From Trichoplax sp. H2 (Eukaryota), in contig NOWV01000135.1 in assembly GCA_003344405.1 (NCBI GenBank), forward strand, positions 62,001 to 126,000: a DNA stretch of 64,000 nucleotides, given 5' to 3'. How positions within the stretch are numbered: the stretch's first letter is position 1; every line of letters begins with the position of its first letter. Shown in pieces: positions 1 to 11,496 of the stretch. The position numbers and the translations under genes are program-made. The notes below the pieces were generated by a model. That model was not told the origin of the DNA. It did not search any database and was given only the letters and a program-made list of their open reading frames with translations.

Positions 1-19
1 GCTATTAGCAATCTACTTA

Positions 20-169
20 CGAAGAGTATAATGGATCCACTGGTAACAATAGCGACACAAATGCTACAAATTTATCAGATTAGCAAGAGGCTAACGTTCC
101 TTACCTTAGTCTGATCATTAATCTTCTAAATTTATTTCCTAGGTGTATCCTATCTATTTCTACTATCCA
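20..169 (-). CDS. Possible internal exons of an unidentified membrane-protein gene running off the left end
   Basis: Two phase-compatible AG/GT-bounded exons (~169-105 and ~62-20) read WIVEIDRIHLGNKFRRLMIRLS-ICVAIVTSGSIILF. No family was recognised. Confidence 0.25.
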
Positions 170-1327
170 CTACACTATATGAAGAGTTCTTTCAATACTA
201 TTTATTATTTAACATCGCATGTATTAATATTGTTAATAAATACACAACACATAATATTTAAGGTAGTAATTTACAAGATGTCATAAGACAATGTATGTTC
301 TTAAACAATTTAAAGTTGCTAAATGCCATGTTGCTGTCAATAAGACATTAACTCAGTTGTAGTTAAGAAAGTCTTAACAATACTGTGCAACTGTGAGCTT
401 AAATCAATGTTAAAGGGCAGCAAAACTGATAAACACTCCTAACATAGCTTCAACTAATTAACGATCTCATTTCACTTACGAATTAATTTCAAGATAAACC
501 AGATCAATATTACAATGTTAGAAAAGTGCAGATACGGGATTACATGGCTATGCTTTACTAAAATGCGTATAGGAGAAATAGTTGATTCACAATCACAATA
601 GCTAATGTTGTGGAGAGGGGGTACTAATAGTCACATAAAAATACGTACAAGGGCTTTTTGTTGCGTAAAAAGTATATCAGACTGTAAATAAATAATAAAC
701 TATAAAGATTAGTGCACTCCCGTAAGTCCAAGGTTTCTACGGTGAGATCGTTATTGAAACTTAAACTTATCCGGCAATGCATTATTAACAATGTCATAAA
801 ACTTACCTTATTTGTGCTGAACTGTACATGTAACTTATCACATCAGCCTCGAAACACTAATCTAAGCTAATCATCAATTTTACTCCGATCAATATACGTA
901 TCGTCACTGGACGTTTCGAAATCTATCATCTTTGAAGCGTACTAACAAATAAATAAGAGACGTGCCACTATCAGAAACAAGGCTGGTGCATAATTATCCT
1001 AACTAAACAACTTTGTACAATTTCAAAATTGATGTTCTTAAAACAACTTCAGTAACTCGGTTAAATCAATTCGAAGTCCAAATAAACAGTATTTTAGATC
1101 AAATTTTATTTTGCATCAGGTATTTACTTTTACAATTTCATCTACACTTAAGAAAATACCATAATAGTAAAATGTTCGTGTACATTATGATTCATTTGAA
1201 GAAGTCAAAAAAAATTTGTCATTTTTACCTTTTATAATATTAATAAAGGAAATTGATATAATAATAATAAAGAAATTAAACAAGACTATCGACCACATTT
1301 ACGGTCAAACATCAAAAAAGAAATTGT

Positions 1328-4300
1328 TTATGCATAATTTTCTTCAATTACTCGAATATCATCGATCTTCAATATCATTCGTACCAGCTGAGTAGCCAAA
1401 CTAATTTGTTTCTTTTTTGCAAGCAATGTTTCTATAACATGTTGCTTTTTCATATCTATAAAAAGATATATAAGTTATGCTGCATTAGATGGCTGTAACG
1501 TTTTTGCAGGATAATCAATTAAAGGAACTAACATACAAGCGGACATGTAGACGTAAAGGGATTAGGTGATAAAGTTACAAGAATAGCTTGTCCGACTTAT
1601 GAAGAAAAGAAATGCTTTGTACAGTACTATACACCTAACGTACCGTTGGTGCTGTTTCGCATACAATCGATTCCAAGATAAGGATTTTTCTCAGACACCT
1701 GCCTCGATTTTACTTCAGCAAGATTCATAATCGGATGTAAACCGGAATTTTCAGCTAAAGCCATTGGAATGGCTTCTAAAGCATCGGCGAAACCTCTCAT
1801 AGCATACTGTTCTATCGTTGATATCTACAAGTGTGTAACAAAGATAAAGTACAAGTTAAGTCATAATGCACTACCGCAAGTAATCCTTTCTGTAATTTAT
1901 AATTATTATCACTAAAAGACTATAGCGCGAGTATATCTAATTGTAGCTCCTTCTTCAATATTACCTTTTCTGCTTCGTTACTAACGGCAATAGCACAAGA
2001 TATTTCTGCAGCACCTCCACCATACACAATGTGACTATCTCGAACCAGGTTACGAATAACACATAAAGCATCGTGGATACTTCTTTTAGCTTCTTCAATA
2101 ATCTAATAAGACATTTAAAAAGGTAGATAAATCTTGATTAGAATAATCAATTTCTTCAGAGAAATGGTTGAAATATTTTCATATACCATTTTATTGCCGC
2201 CTCGAATAAATATTGTCACAGCTTTACTGTTAAGACACTCTTCCACCACTAGCATTTTTTCCTTTGTGGTTCCAAACGATAGTTCCTTGATAACGCCTGC
2301 TTTTCCTAGTTTACTCTCGCTCAATTCGCTAAATCTTGGTACGATACGACCACCTGTAGCAATTGCAATCAGCTAGACAACAAGATTGAAGTCATTCTTT
2401 TAGGATAGCTATTCTTAACGGTATGAAATAGAATAGCGCAGTACGTTAATCAGGTTAGCTATTATCGCTACTATACCTCGATCTCAGGCCCACCAACCCA
2501 TCTGACCGCAGGTAAATTATTTTGTAACAACAAATGATTAGCTTCATCATCAAATCCCCACTGACAAATAGCTACGTTAGCACCGGCTTTTTTGACATCA
2601 GCTATCATTTCTTCAAACTTTTCCATTTCATACTTTCGAAGATCTTTATAATCTTGTACTGAAGTTACATCTAAATGATGTTTTGTTTTAGGTTTTGGAG
2701 GCTCAAAAGGACAGGTTAAGATTGCAATCTTGGCGTCTCTTACAATCTATTAATTATAGTGAATTGATGTGAATATGATGCAAATAGGATCACTTGTACG
2801 ATATACGAGGTTCATAATCATTACAATATTGAAAAGACGCTGGTAGTTATTACAATAGTTTATATTCATATATGACTGCATCAGTGCTGTAATCCGATAA
2901 ATATTACAGATAGCAATCGTTTTCAGTCATTTATTGATATTGCATGATGTCTGGCCTCGATGATACGACAAAAGTTATCATAAAGGAATCCTGTTTCATG
3001 CATCTTTACCCTACTGCTATAACAGTAAACAATTCAATCAACGTATTGACGATTTCCATGCTTACCTTGGGCATTTGTGGATGGCTAAAATCTTTGTCAA
3101 TTACGACGCCTTTCACAAGTCTACTATCGTCTAATTTACCACCAACTTTTCCGTCGACTTTGATCAATTCGAAATTGACATCTTTTGTTTTAAAATCTGC
3201 TACGTTCAGAACGGCATCAACTGCCATTTCAGCAAATTGGCGGAGACAACGATTGACTCTAAATAAAATGATTACAACATTGCCTGTCAGATGCTTTTAT
3301 AAGCGCATAAGATAAAGATTGACCAACTCGATCGCTTGTAAAATCAATGTATTGTAGTTTGAATACTGATATGTATACGAGCAATACAACACTTGACAGA
3401 GCAAGGTATTTGAAAACAAATAATAGGATTCAACTCACATTTTCGATCCTAAAGATGTCATTGCTGTTTCTATTAGACGTTCACGATTATTGGCAGTAAT
3501 GGGAAAGTCGTCACTGATTGCATCTAGATTCTTGAGTGCAATTTCAGATGCTATTTCAAAGCCATCAGCAACACGAATAGGATGAATTCCCTTCTCTAGT
3601 AATATTTCAGCTTGCTCTAACAATGCACCAGCTAAAACTGCAAAATCCGAATACAGAGAAGACAATTTAGGGATAGACTGGATGATACGAGTATTGCTTA
3701 GTTAGTAGTACACGTGTATTTCAATGGATCAAGACAAGACAGCGTTACCATGATGAAATAATCGATATCATCCATACCTACTACACCTGTGGTACCATCA
3801 CCAATCTCTTCATCTTGTGATTTCGATAAATCAACCATTAATTTAGCAATTTGATGCTCTATAGTCATCATGGACAAAATGGTTGCACCATCGTTGGTAA
3901 CCGTTACGTCACCATCAGGACTAACCATGATCTTGTCCATTCCTACAGATATCATACAACAGACCAAGATATTGACATGTGGAGTGATGATGACTTTAGA
4001 TGGCATGTAGAAACAATTATAAATGGATCATTTTTACCTTTAGGGCCTAAAGATGATTTCAACGTGTTGGCTATAGTTCGAGCAGCAAGGATATGTGTCT
4101 AAAAAGGAACGACATAAATTCCATTAGTAATCCATGATGATTGACGCTTGATTGACCTCGTTGTCAAGGTGCAAAACTTGAGGGTACTTGTAGACTTCTT
4201 ATTATACAGTAAGAATAAAACGTGAACTATGACATGAATCAAGATGTCAAGATGTTATTCCCTGACTGAAATAAAGCTCATTTTCTACTTGAATAACTCT

Positions 4301-4474
4301 AATCTGAGTTGATTGCTGGTGATTTACTTTGAATGATGGTACAAAAAGACAGTTTACTGCATTTACCTTTTGAGCAGCTAAACCACTCAATCTCTTACGC
4401 CGCTCTTGATCTTTCATAATAATGAAAGGTCGCCCATATTCATCAAATGCCAAGGAAGGCGCTGCCATAGACAT
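1328..4474 (-). CDS. CCT5: T-complex protein 1 subunit epsilon (cytosolic chaperonin CCT/TRiC), multi-exon
   Basis: Spliced translation: [23 protein letters not shown] (CCT5-type N-terminus), [33 protein letters not shown] (ATP-binding motif), [28 protein letters not shown], ending [16 protein letters not shown] (stop 1328-1330). Introns are GT-AG. Confidence 0.97.
2866..3004 (-). ncRNA. Box H/ACA snoRNA candidate in a CCT5 intron (SNORA15-like guide for 18S rRNA)
   Basis: About 139 nt, sense to the host gene. Hairpin 1 has a basal stem tgcatga/tcatgca and an upper stem tatgata/tatcat. The hinge H-box ATATCA fits ANANNA (plus 2935-2940). Hairpin 2 has atgactg/cagtcat and ctgtaat/attacag, followed by an ATA+3 nt tail. 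Pocket 1 (ggatt ... ccagaca) is complementary to conserved 18S UGUCUGG-UU-AAUUC, with 14 nt between pocket and H box. Confidence 0.75.
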
Positions 4475-5991
4475 GATTGATTAAATAGTGTTAATAATAT
4501 CAATAGTAAAGTAAAATAGAATGTCGGATGGCTACAGATTGCTTCCGATCTAGATGATGACTTCAAATCGGTTGGAGAAACGCTAAGCCCCTGTCGTGAC
4601 GATTCAATCTTGCCTGATACTACAGATTGAGGGCGCATCTACTGTACGCATACAGGACGTCAAGGCGTATGTGTGGACTAGTGTTACTCTGGTCGCGAGG
4701 ACTCTGTCGGTCTGTCCACTGTCCTGACGGAAGAGGGTTTCGTCCAGTACTCTACAGTGTACAGTACGTGAAGTCGTTGCTACAATACTCAGTACTGTAG
4801 TCGTCAGCACGGGAAGCACCGTTTTACTTGGTTTTGCAGTCCGACTGTCTAACTTCTACTGTACTGTACAGTAGAATAAGATCCGTCCACACGGCGAACT
4901 TTTTTCAGGACTACCATAAAGACTTCAGTCAAATCCTGTATTTTTGTCTTCGTCAAGGACACTGGAAGACAAGGGCTAAACGTGACGCTAAAGGTTACTA
5001 CAGTACTGTACAGTACAGTATGGTAGAGGACTGGACTTTGTGTACAGTACTGTACTGTACAGTACAGTACTTGAAGCCCTTGCTACAGTACTCAGTACTG
5101 TACTCTCCAGCCCGGGAAAGCCATCTAGCCGCGCACCGTTTTACCTGGTTTTGCACTCCGACTTGTCTAAAAGGTGTTCCAATGGAGCATTGGCAAAGTC
5201 GGGTCAGCGGCTTACGCCACCATTGCATGAAGTGTATTCATGCAGTATTGCATCAGTAAGAAGCCAGGGACTTTAAAAGAGTTTCCTCTTTCTTTGAAAA
5301 GTCCATGCCCTGGCCCTGACTCGTATCAACTCACTTGTACAGTTATGGAAAATCCGCATGGGCGGGCAGTCAGGCCTTGAAAATAGCGTCCAGTAGCATG
5401 CAACTGTGAGAGTCTGTACTGTACAGACAGTACTGTAGAGTCGGGTACAGTACATTGTACTGTACCATGGACCCTAGTACTACAGTACAGTACTGTAATG
5501 CCACAGTAGTAAGTACAGTAAACATGTACTGTAGCTCGCTTCTACTGTGTGGACAGTACAGTACAGTAGAGTACCGTATACTGAGTAGAGTACAGTAGAG
5601 TACTGTACAGTACAGTATAGTACACCACTTGTCCTTGGCAGCAGCGCTGTGTCTTGATAGAGCGTTCCAAACATTGCTTCACCTGTCAATGGTTCACTTC
5701 CCCACGATCGACACCCATCGTATCATACCAAAGCTTCTACTGTGTGCACAGTACAGTGCAGTTCAGTACTATACACTACACTAGTCCTTGGCAGCAGTGC
5801 AGTGTCTTGATAGAGCGCTCCAAACATTGCTTCACCTGTCAATGGTTTCACTTCCCCACGATCGACACCCATCGTATCATACCAAAGTGGTCATGCGCAA
5901 GAGTAGTGACCACAGCGAGCGACCCTATGGACTGTTAGCAGCCAACTGCACTGACGAAGGCTCTAACGGGGACGCTCGACAGAAAAGAAAA
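4475..5991. promoter_or_regulatory. Divergent (head-to-head) promoter region between CCT5 and RNPS1
   Basis: Lies between start codons at 4474 (-) and 5992 (+). It is more GC-rich than the flanks and contains CAGTA/TACTG arrays and internal duplications. Confidence 0.6.
5631..5887. repeat. Direct duplication of a ~100-bp segment (period ~153 bp)
   Basis: gtccttggcagcag...cttgatagagcg...acattgcttcacctgtcaatggtt..cacttccccacgatcgacacccatcgtatcataccaaag occurs at ~5631-5733 and ~5784-5887. A second, more diverged pair lies at ~4777-4851 and ~5081-5170. Confidence 0.9.
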
Positions 5992-7122
5992 ATGTCTACC
6001 CAACCTGAAAGGTAAGTTGACTATTGCCATCTGACGCTTATCGATAGTCATCGTATTGAATTTTATCCTCCTTGTGGATTGAATGCATTGATGGTGCTTT
6101 TGCACTTTCTTATGTCATCATTTTTTAAAGTCAACTTGCCATGACACTATCATAAATGCTATTATTATTTGTCAATTCAAGCGAAGACAAGGATTCCAAG
6201 AAGAAAGCTGACAAGGCAAAGAATTCGTCCAAAAGTAAACGTCGCAGTCATTCCACAGACAGTAGCAGCAGCAGTGGTAGCAGTAGCAGTGGTTCATACA
6301 GTACATCTGGCAGGTAACATCCTACTTTTACTACTTTTCCCTTCTTATTTTACCTCATTTTTTTGCCTAATTGGACGTGCTTGATCTTCATCTTGGTGCA
6401 GTTATTCATCTTCGTCTAGTCGTAGCAATTCCGCTAGCAGTAGCAGCTCCAGCTACTCAAGTAGTAGCGCTAGTCGGTCAAGCTATCGTCGGCGAAGAAA
6501 TCGCTCTCCGGCTGATCGATACCGTGATCAGAAAGAGAAATCTCCCAAACGTCGTAGTCGGTCACCAAGGAAACGTAGTCCATCTCCACAACCTGAACAA
6601 TGCAAAATTCACCTCGGTAGATTAACACGAAATGCAACCAAAGATCATGTACAAGAAATCTTTTCCAATTACGGTAAAGTTAAAAACGTCGACGTACCCA
6701 CGGATCGCGCCAATGGGTTACCAAGAGGTTTTGCTTATATAGAATTTGAAAATGGTAAATCTGCAGAAAATGCTATAAAGTACATGAATGGTGGACAAAT
6801 TGATGGACAGGCTGTCACTGTTGCTCTGGTATTACCAATGACTGTTAAAGAGCGAAAACCACGACGTTCTCCACCTCAACGTTTCCGCCCAGCAAGAAGG
6901 AATCACTCTCCACGTTATCGTAGAAGATCTAGGTCATATTCTCCTCGTCGGAGAGGATCACCTCGTCGATCTAGGTCCCGCTCTCCTCGGCGTCGAGCAT
7001 CACCTCGTAAATCCAGATCGCATTCACCTCGTAGGAGAAGTCCAGTTGGCCGATCTCGGCGTTCTCGTAGTCGTAGTCCGCGGTATCGTAGACGCAACCG
7101 TGATCGCTCTAGAAGTCGTTAA
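5992..7122 (+). CDS. RNPS1: RNA-binding protein with serine-rich domain 1 (EJC/ASAP component), 3 exons
   Basis: Exons ~5992-6011, 6182-6313 and 6402-7122. A Ser-rich N-terminus is followed by the RRM KIHLGRLTRNATKDHVQEIFSNYGKVKNVD...RGFAYIEFENGKSAENAIKYMNGGQIDGQ, matching RNPS1, and an RS/RP-rich tail. Confidence 0.95.
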
Positions 7123-8571
7123 TTTGTTCTACAAGATTGTTTAACTTATCTGCCGAGAAATCTACCTATGTACAGTATTGCCTCCGGCGCGATCATGCGA
7201 TTCATGTCTATGATAGCTTTATGAAAACATGAAAATGGAATGCTTTTTACTAGCTTTAGTATCACAACACTGTAGTCATCCCTGTCATCTGCTTCTTCAT
7301 GTTTTGATGCAGAATTGATGGCAAAAGTAACAATATTTCTGTTATGAATTCCACAATTCCAAATAGTACAGTGATGCGAGATACATTTGTACTTCTTGTT
7401 TGTATTGTCAAATTTTCAAGCAGTCGTTTTATGACTGTGCCACTGTAAAGTTGCGTTCTTCCTGATGTATTAAAGTTGCCCTTCATTTGATTCTACACAA
7501 TTTTTGTAGTCGTTTGATTGATTCTTATTAGCCTTGTCTGCTACAGTACAAGGTTACCTTTACTACTTTCATCCGCAAGATTTTAACTTTCAGCCAAACA
7601 TGCCATGTTATATGTGGTATGGCCAATTGAAAGCCACAGAAACTACATATGCATTAAGATGAGATATTGCGGAGTCAATCGAAATTTCTACATACTGTCC
7701 AAAGTAACGGAAACTAATCGTTTTCTACACTTCTTGTATTTACATCGATTTGTTTGAAACTCAACGCATTACAGCCAAAATTTTCAAAAAAGATACACTG
7801 TAATAGCCTTACAGTATCTTGCTTTTTATTATGACAACGAATGAAATAGCTACAATCATTCATTACAGGAAATGGCACCAAGCCACGACACCATCATATG
7901 CAAATTTAGAAGTGATCATTCATTCATTAATTGTACAACCCAACAATATTAGATCAGGCTATCACTTCAATCTTGTTGACCGTCTAGGTATAGCTATAGG
8001 AAGAGTGAATTATTATCTTAATGGCTTAGTAATGTATTTGTATCCTCCTAAAAATGCTACAGTATCTCTCTTTGCATTTTTGCTATTCGTAACACAGACC
8101 ACAGAAGTAAACCATTTTCGCCAAAAACAGATCAAATGGTGTGTATCAAAGTACCAAATAAAAAGTGAGAAAAGTTGATTTTTTTAATTTATAATACACC
8201 GCGTTGCGGATAGCCCTTCAATCCAAACGTACCAAAGGTGAATACAGTACAGTGATTCGCATTAGTCGAACACAGCATCATTACGTAAGATAATGTTTTA
8301 ATTACCGTAGTCAAATTGATCACGCTGGGAAAAAAATTTACTGCAAAGTATAGAGCACTACAAGTATTACTGCACTGTCAACTCGAGCGAAAGGAACTAG
8401 AAATAGATTTCCAATCATAAAATACAATTTTCTAATAACTAGAGTATTTTCTAACACTTTTAACATAGGTCTAGCTAGTTTGCTAAAAGTAGGATGGTTT
8501 TAATCACATTTTCGCAATAAGAAACATCGGATAAATACTAGTAGTTATTACAACAGAAGAAGCTCAATTTT

Positions 8572-10429
8572 TTAGTCCACTTCCATTTGTTCCTGCATTG
8601 TAATAAGATCAAGGAAAACAATCAATTGAGGAAATCGCATTTTAAAATAAATAAATATCGTATCACTTACTCCTGATTTATATGCATCCAATTGCGCATC
8701 CAGATCCGTCGCTGAGACAGGCTTTTGTCTGCTTCCTCCTCTTCCTCTACCGCGGCCTCGGCCTCCACCTCGACCACGTCTAAAGACGCCACCGCGTCCT
8801 CGTCGGCCGGCATTACCTCCTCTACTATTAATTATAGAGCATCGAGTTGGATTGATGATCAATATGTTTCAGTTGATACACATTAAAACAACTTGGACTA
8901 GTGTGGAGCACTATATTGTAACTGTCATTAAAAGCCATACAACTACGAACTGAAAGTGTTATCTGCAAGTGCGTAACACTATCATGATGGAATCACTCAA
9001 AAGGCACAATAGTATTTGGAAAGGTTTTTAGCTGAACAGATAAATTTACCTGTTAAAGTTGTTACTTCTGTTATTTCCCACGCGTCCAGTAGTTCCTCTA
9101 GTTGACACAGCCTCATTGACTAATTGAATTTTCATTGGCCTTCCTACATTGTTTTTCAATTGAAGCCCAGTTAGACGATATACGATACTTGATTCAAAGT
9201 ATTTTCTACGAAACAAGTTATGACCGACCGTCCAATGGTATGTTGTTGTATTTTTTCAAGGCAGCAACAGCCCCTTCTTTCCGATCAAAAATGACCTCAG
9301 CAGTTCCTAGTGATCTCCCCGAGCGGTCGTAGTGAACGGAACCTTTTTTCAAGTTACCAAATTCACTAAAGAGTTCCTAATAATGAAGTAGAAATATTGA
9401 ATTATACACCTAAGACCAGGGAAGAGCCGAACCATCCCTTCTAACGGCGAGCGGCGATAATGAGTAATCAGCCAGTGATTTGGCCAAAATATGATAAACG
9501 ACTTTGTGCCATCAGCTAGTTATTCCTCTAGATATGCCTTTGTCTTAAGGCTTAATTTAGTACAACATTGTACAGTAGTAGCGTACATACGTAGTAAGAA
9601 GCACACGTTTATGCTTTTGAGTACTTCTACCGGCGTGAAGTAGAGCATGATTGTAAAAAAAACAACCTGCCATTCAGAGCGAATGCTCGAATATCTACTA
9701 CGGAAATGCCGTATACAACATCATGTTTTGGTATACGGCAGACAGTGACGACGCTAGTTTTTTTTTGTTAAGTACGCATTGTACGAGTATCATGATTGCC
9801 TATTAAGAAATTGAGTTAGGAAACGCCACTATCGTCCTGTCTCATCCTAACCTTAATATCATTATCAGAAACACCGTAATCCAAATTTGAAATCAATAAC
9901 TTGCTGCTTGTGCTGATTCGATTTGGGCCAAGTCCACCGCCTTTATACATATCGTGGTCCCATTTATCGGGTAAAGTTCTTGACTACAGAGAATAACAGT
10001 TGTAGAAGAATTGCTTGCTCAGCGAAAAAAAGAAAAAAATGCTGCAAATTTGGTGTATGCGTTGTAAAAGCAAGTGGTGCTATAGAATGATTTTCATCGT
10101 GCCTAGTTGCATATGGATTGCCCGTCAATCATACAATTTGGGGCATATTTTTAGTTAGATTAGTTTTAATTTGAAAGATTAATATCTTCAGCAATGATGT
10201 ACTGAAGTAGTACGAAGATGTCTTTCTTTCCAATACGTACACGAGAGAACGGCGTCATTCGTTGTCGATTTCGCCCCGTCATGTTGCCACCACGTCCACG
10301 TCCTGACATGGTGCCTCGGCCTCTTCCGCCTCTGCCTCCTCTGCCTCTGCCTCGGCCACGTCCGCGACCACGGCCACCAGACTTCTTAATAATATCGTCT
10401 AAAGACATATCAATCTTCTCTGTTGCCAT
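8572..10429 (-). CDS. ALYREF: Aly/REF mRNA export adaptor (THOC4), multi-exon
   Basis: N-terminal [22 protein letters not shown] repeats, a KWDHDMY (WxHD) motif, [48 protein letters not shown], and C-terminal [14 protein letters not shown]. Confidence 0.96.
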
Positions 10430-11055
10430 ATTGAAATGATTTAATTTACTTTCGATGCGGTAATAAACGTTCAAGACAAGAAAGGGAGTCAAGGAAAAAA
10501 AAAGGTGCAAATGCGAAAAAATGGCGGTCAAAGCAATGTTTTTAACCGTCTGAACTTGACGACCCAATTGTATACACTTATTACTGAACTGCGGTAGTGG
10601 TACGGTACTGGTATGGCAGTTCAGCGGTCAAAAAAGGAAAAAAAAAAAGCCACTTTTCTATTTCAAACCACGCAAACATGAGTTTACTTTATATACTGTA
10701 CCCTATAGAGATGCCGTCATTCTTGGTATAGTACTGTACAGTACCACAAGGACAACCAGCCGCGTCAATGTGGACTACAGTGCAGACTGCTGTAAATTAC
10801 GGTACTATACTGTAGGCAGGACTAAAACATTGCACTGCACTGTACTGCACACTAGTGCACAGTATGGTAGTTTTTCTCTTATTACAAGTACTGTACAGTA
10901 TGTACTGTACTCTACAGTCAGTGTACAGTACTGTAGAGTACACTGACTGTACACTGTACACTGTACGATCCATGAACGTTTAATTAACGTCATACCGTCT
11001 GCTTGACGTTTACTGTTGTCACTCATTGTCACCAGGGACCAACTGCAGAGACTAA

Positions 11056-11322
11056 CAATACTGTACTAAGGCTTCGTCTTACAAGTCTTTAAAACAGAAC
11101 TGTACTACGGCTTCGTCTAAGTTTTTAAAACAGTACTGCACTAAGACTTCGTCTAACAAGTCTTTAAAATAGTACTGTACTACGGCTTCGTCTAACAAGT
11201 CTTTAAAACAGTAATGTACTACGGCTTCATCTTACAAGTCTTTAAAACAGTATTGTACTACGGCTTCGTCTTACAAGTCTTTAAAACAGTACTGTACTAC
11301 GGCTTCGTCTAAGAAGACTTTT
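11056..11322. repeat. Minisatellite, ~7 copies of a ~39-bp unit
   Basis: Unit cagtactgtactacggcttcgtct(a/t)acaagtctttaaaa repeated head-to-tail with few substitutions. There are no unique spacers. Confidence 0.95.
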
Positions 11323-11496
11323 TAACTGAAGTAAAGACTGCATTGTATATTTCTGCAGAATACAGACTCTTTCTTCAGGAATGGGCTTCCCAAAACTAAT
11401 ATTAGCGTGCTAATACAGTCTCGAAGGTAGAATGTAGTTATCAGATACATCACTGCACCCTTAAGAGCAAAGCTCATTCTACCCAGCATGGAACTT

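Noticed and set aside
4604-5938. Numerous ORFs rich in Y/S/T/V/C/Q (also at 10805-11032 and 36067-38842)
   Set aside because: They are translations of CAGTA/TACTG arrays and tandem repeats with no protein-family signal.
6915-7097. Antisense ORFs over RNPS1, ALYREF, GW182 and TEX2 exons
   Set aside because: These are shadow frames of low-complexity or long sense exons with no independent evidence.
9442-9453. taacggcgagcg resembling 5' 28S rRNA (antisense guide in the ALYREF intron)
   Set aside because: Only 12 nt, not followed by a D/D' box on the sense strand; this could be chance.
11056-11322. CRISPR-like regular repeat
   Set aside because: Units are contiguous with no unique spacers, the context is eukaryotic, and there are no cas genes. 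It is a minisatellite.
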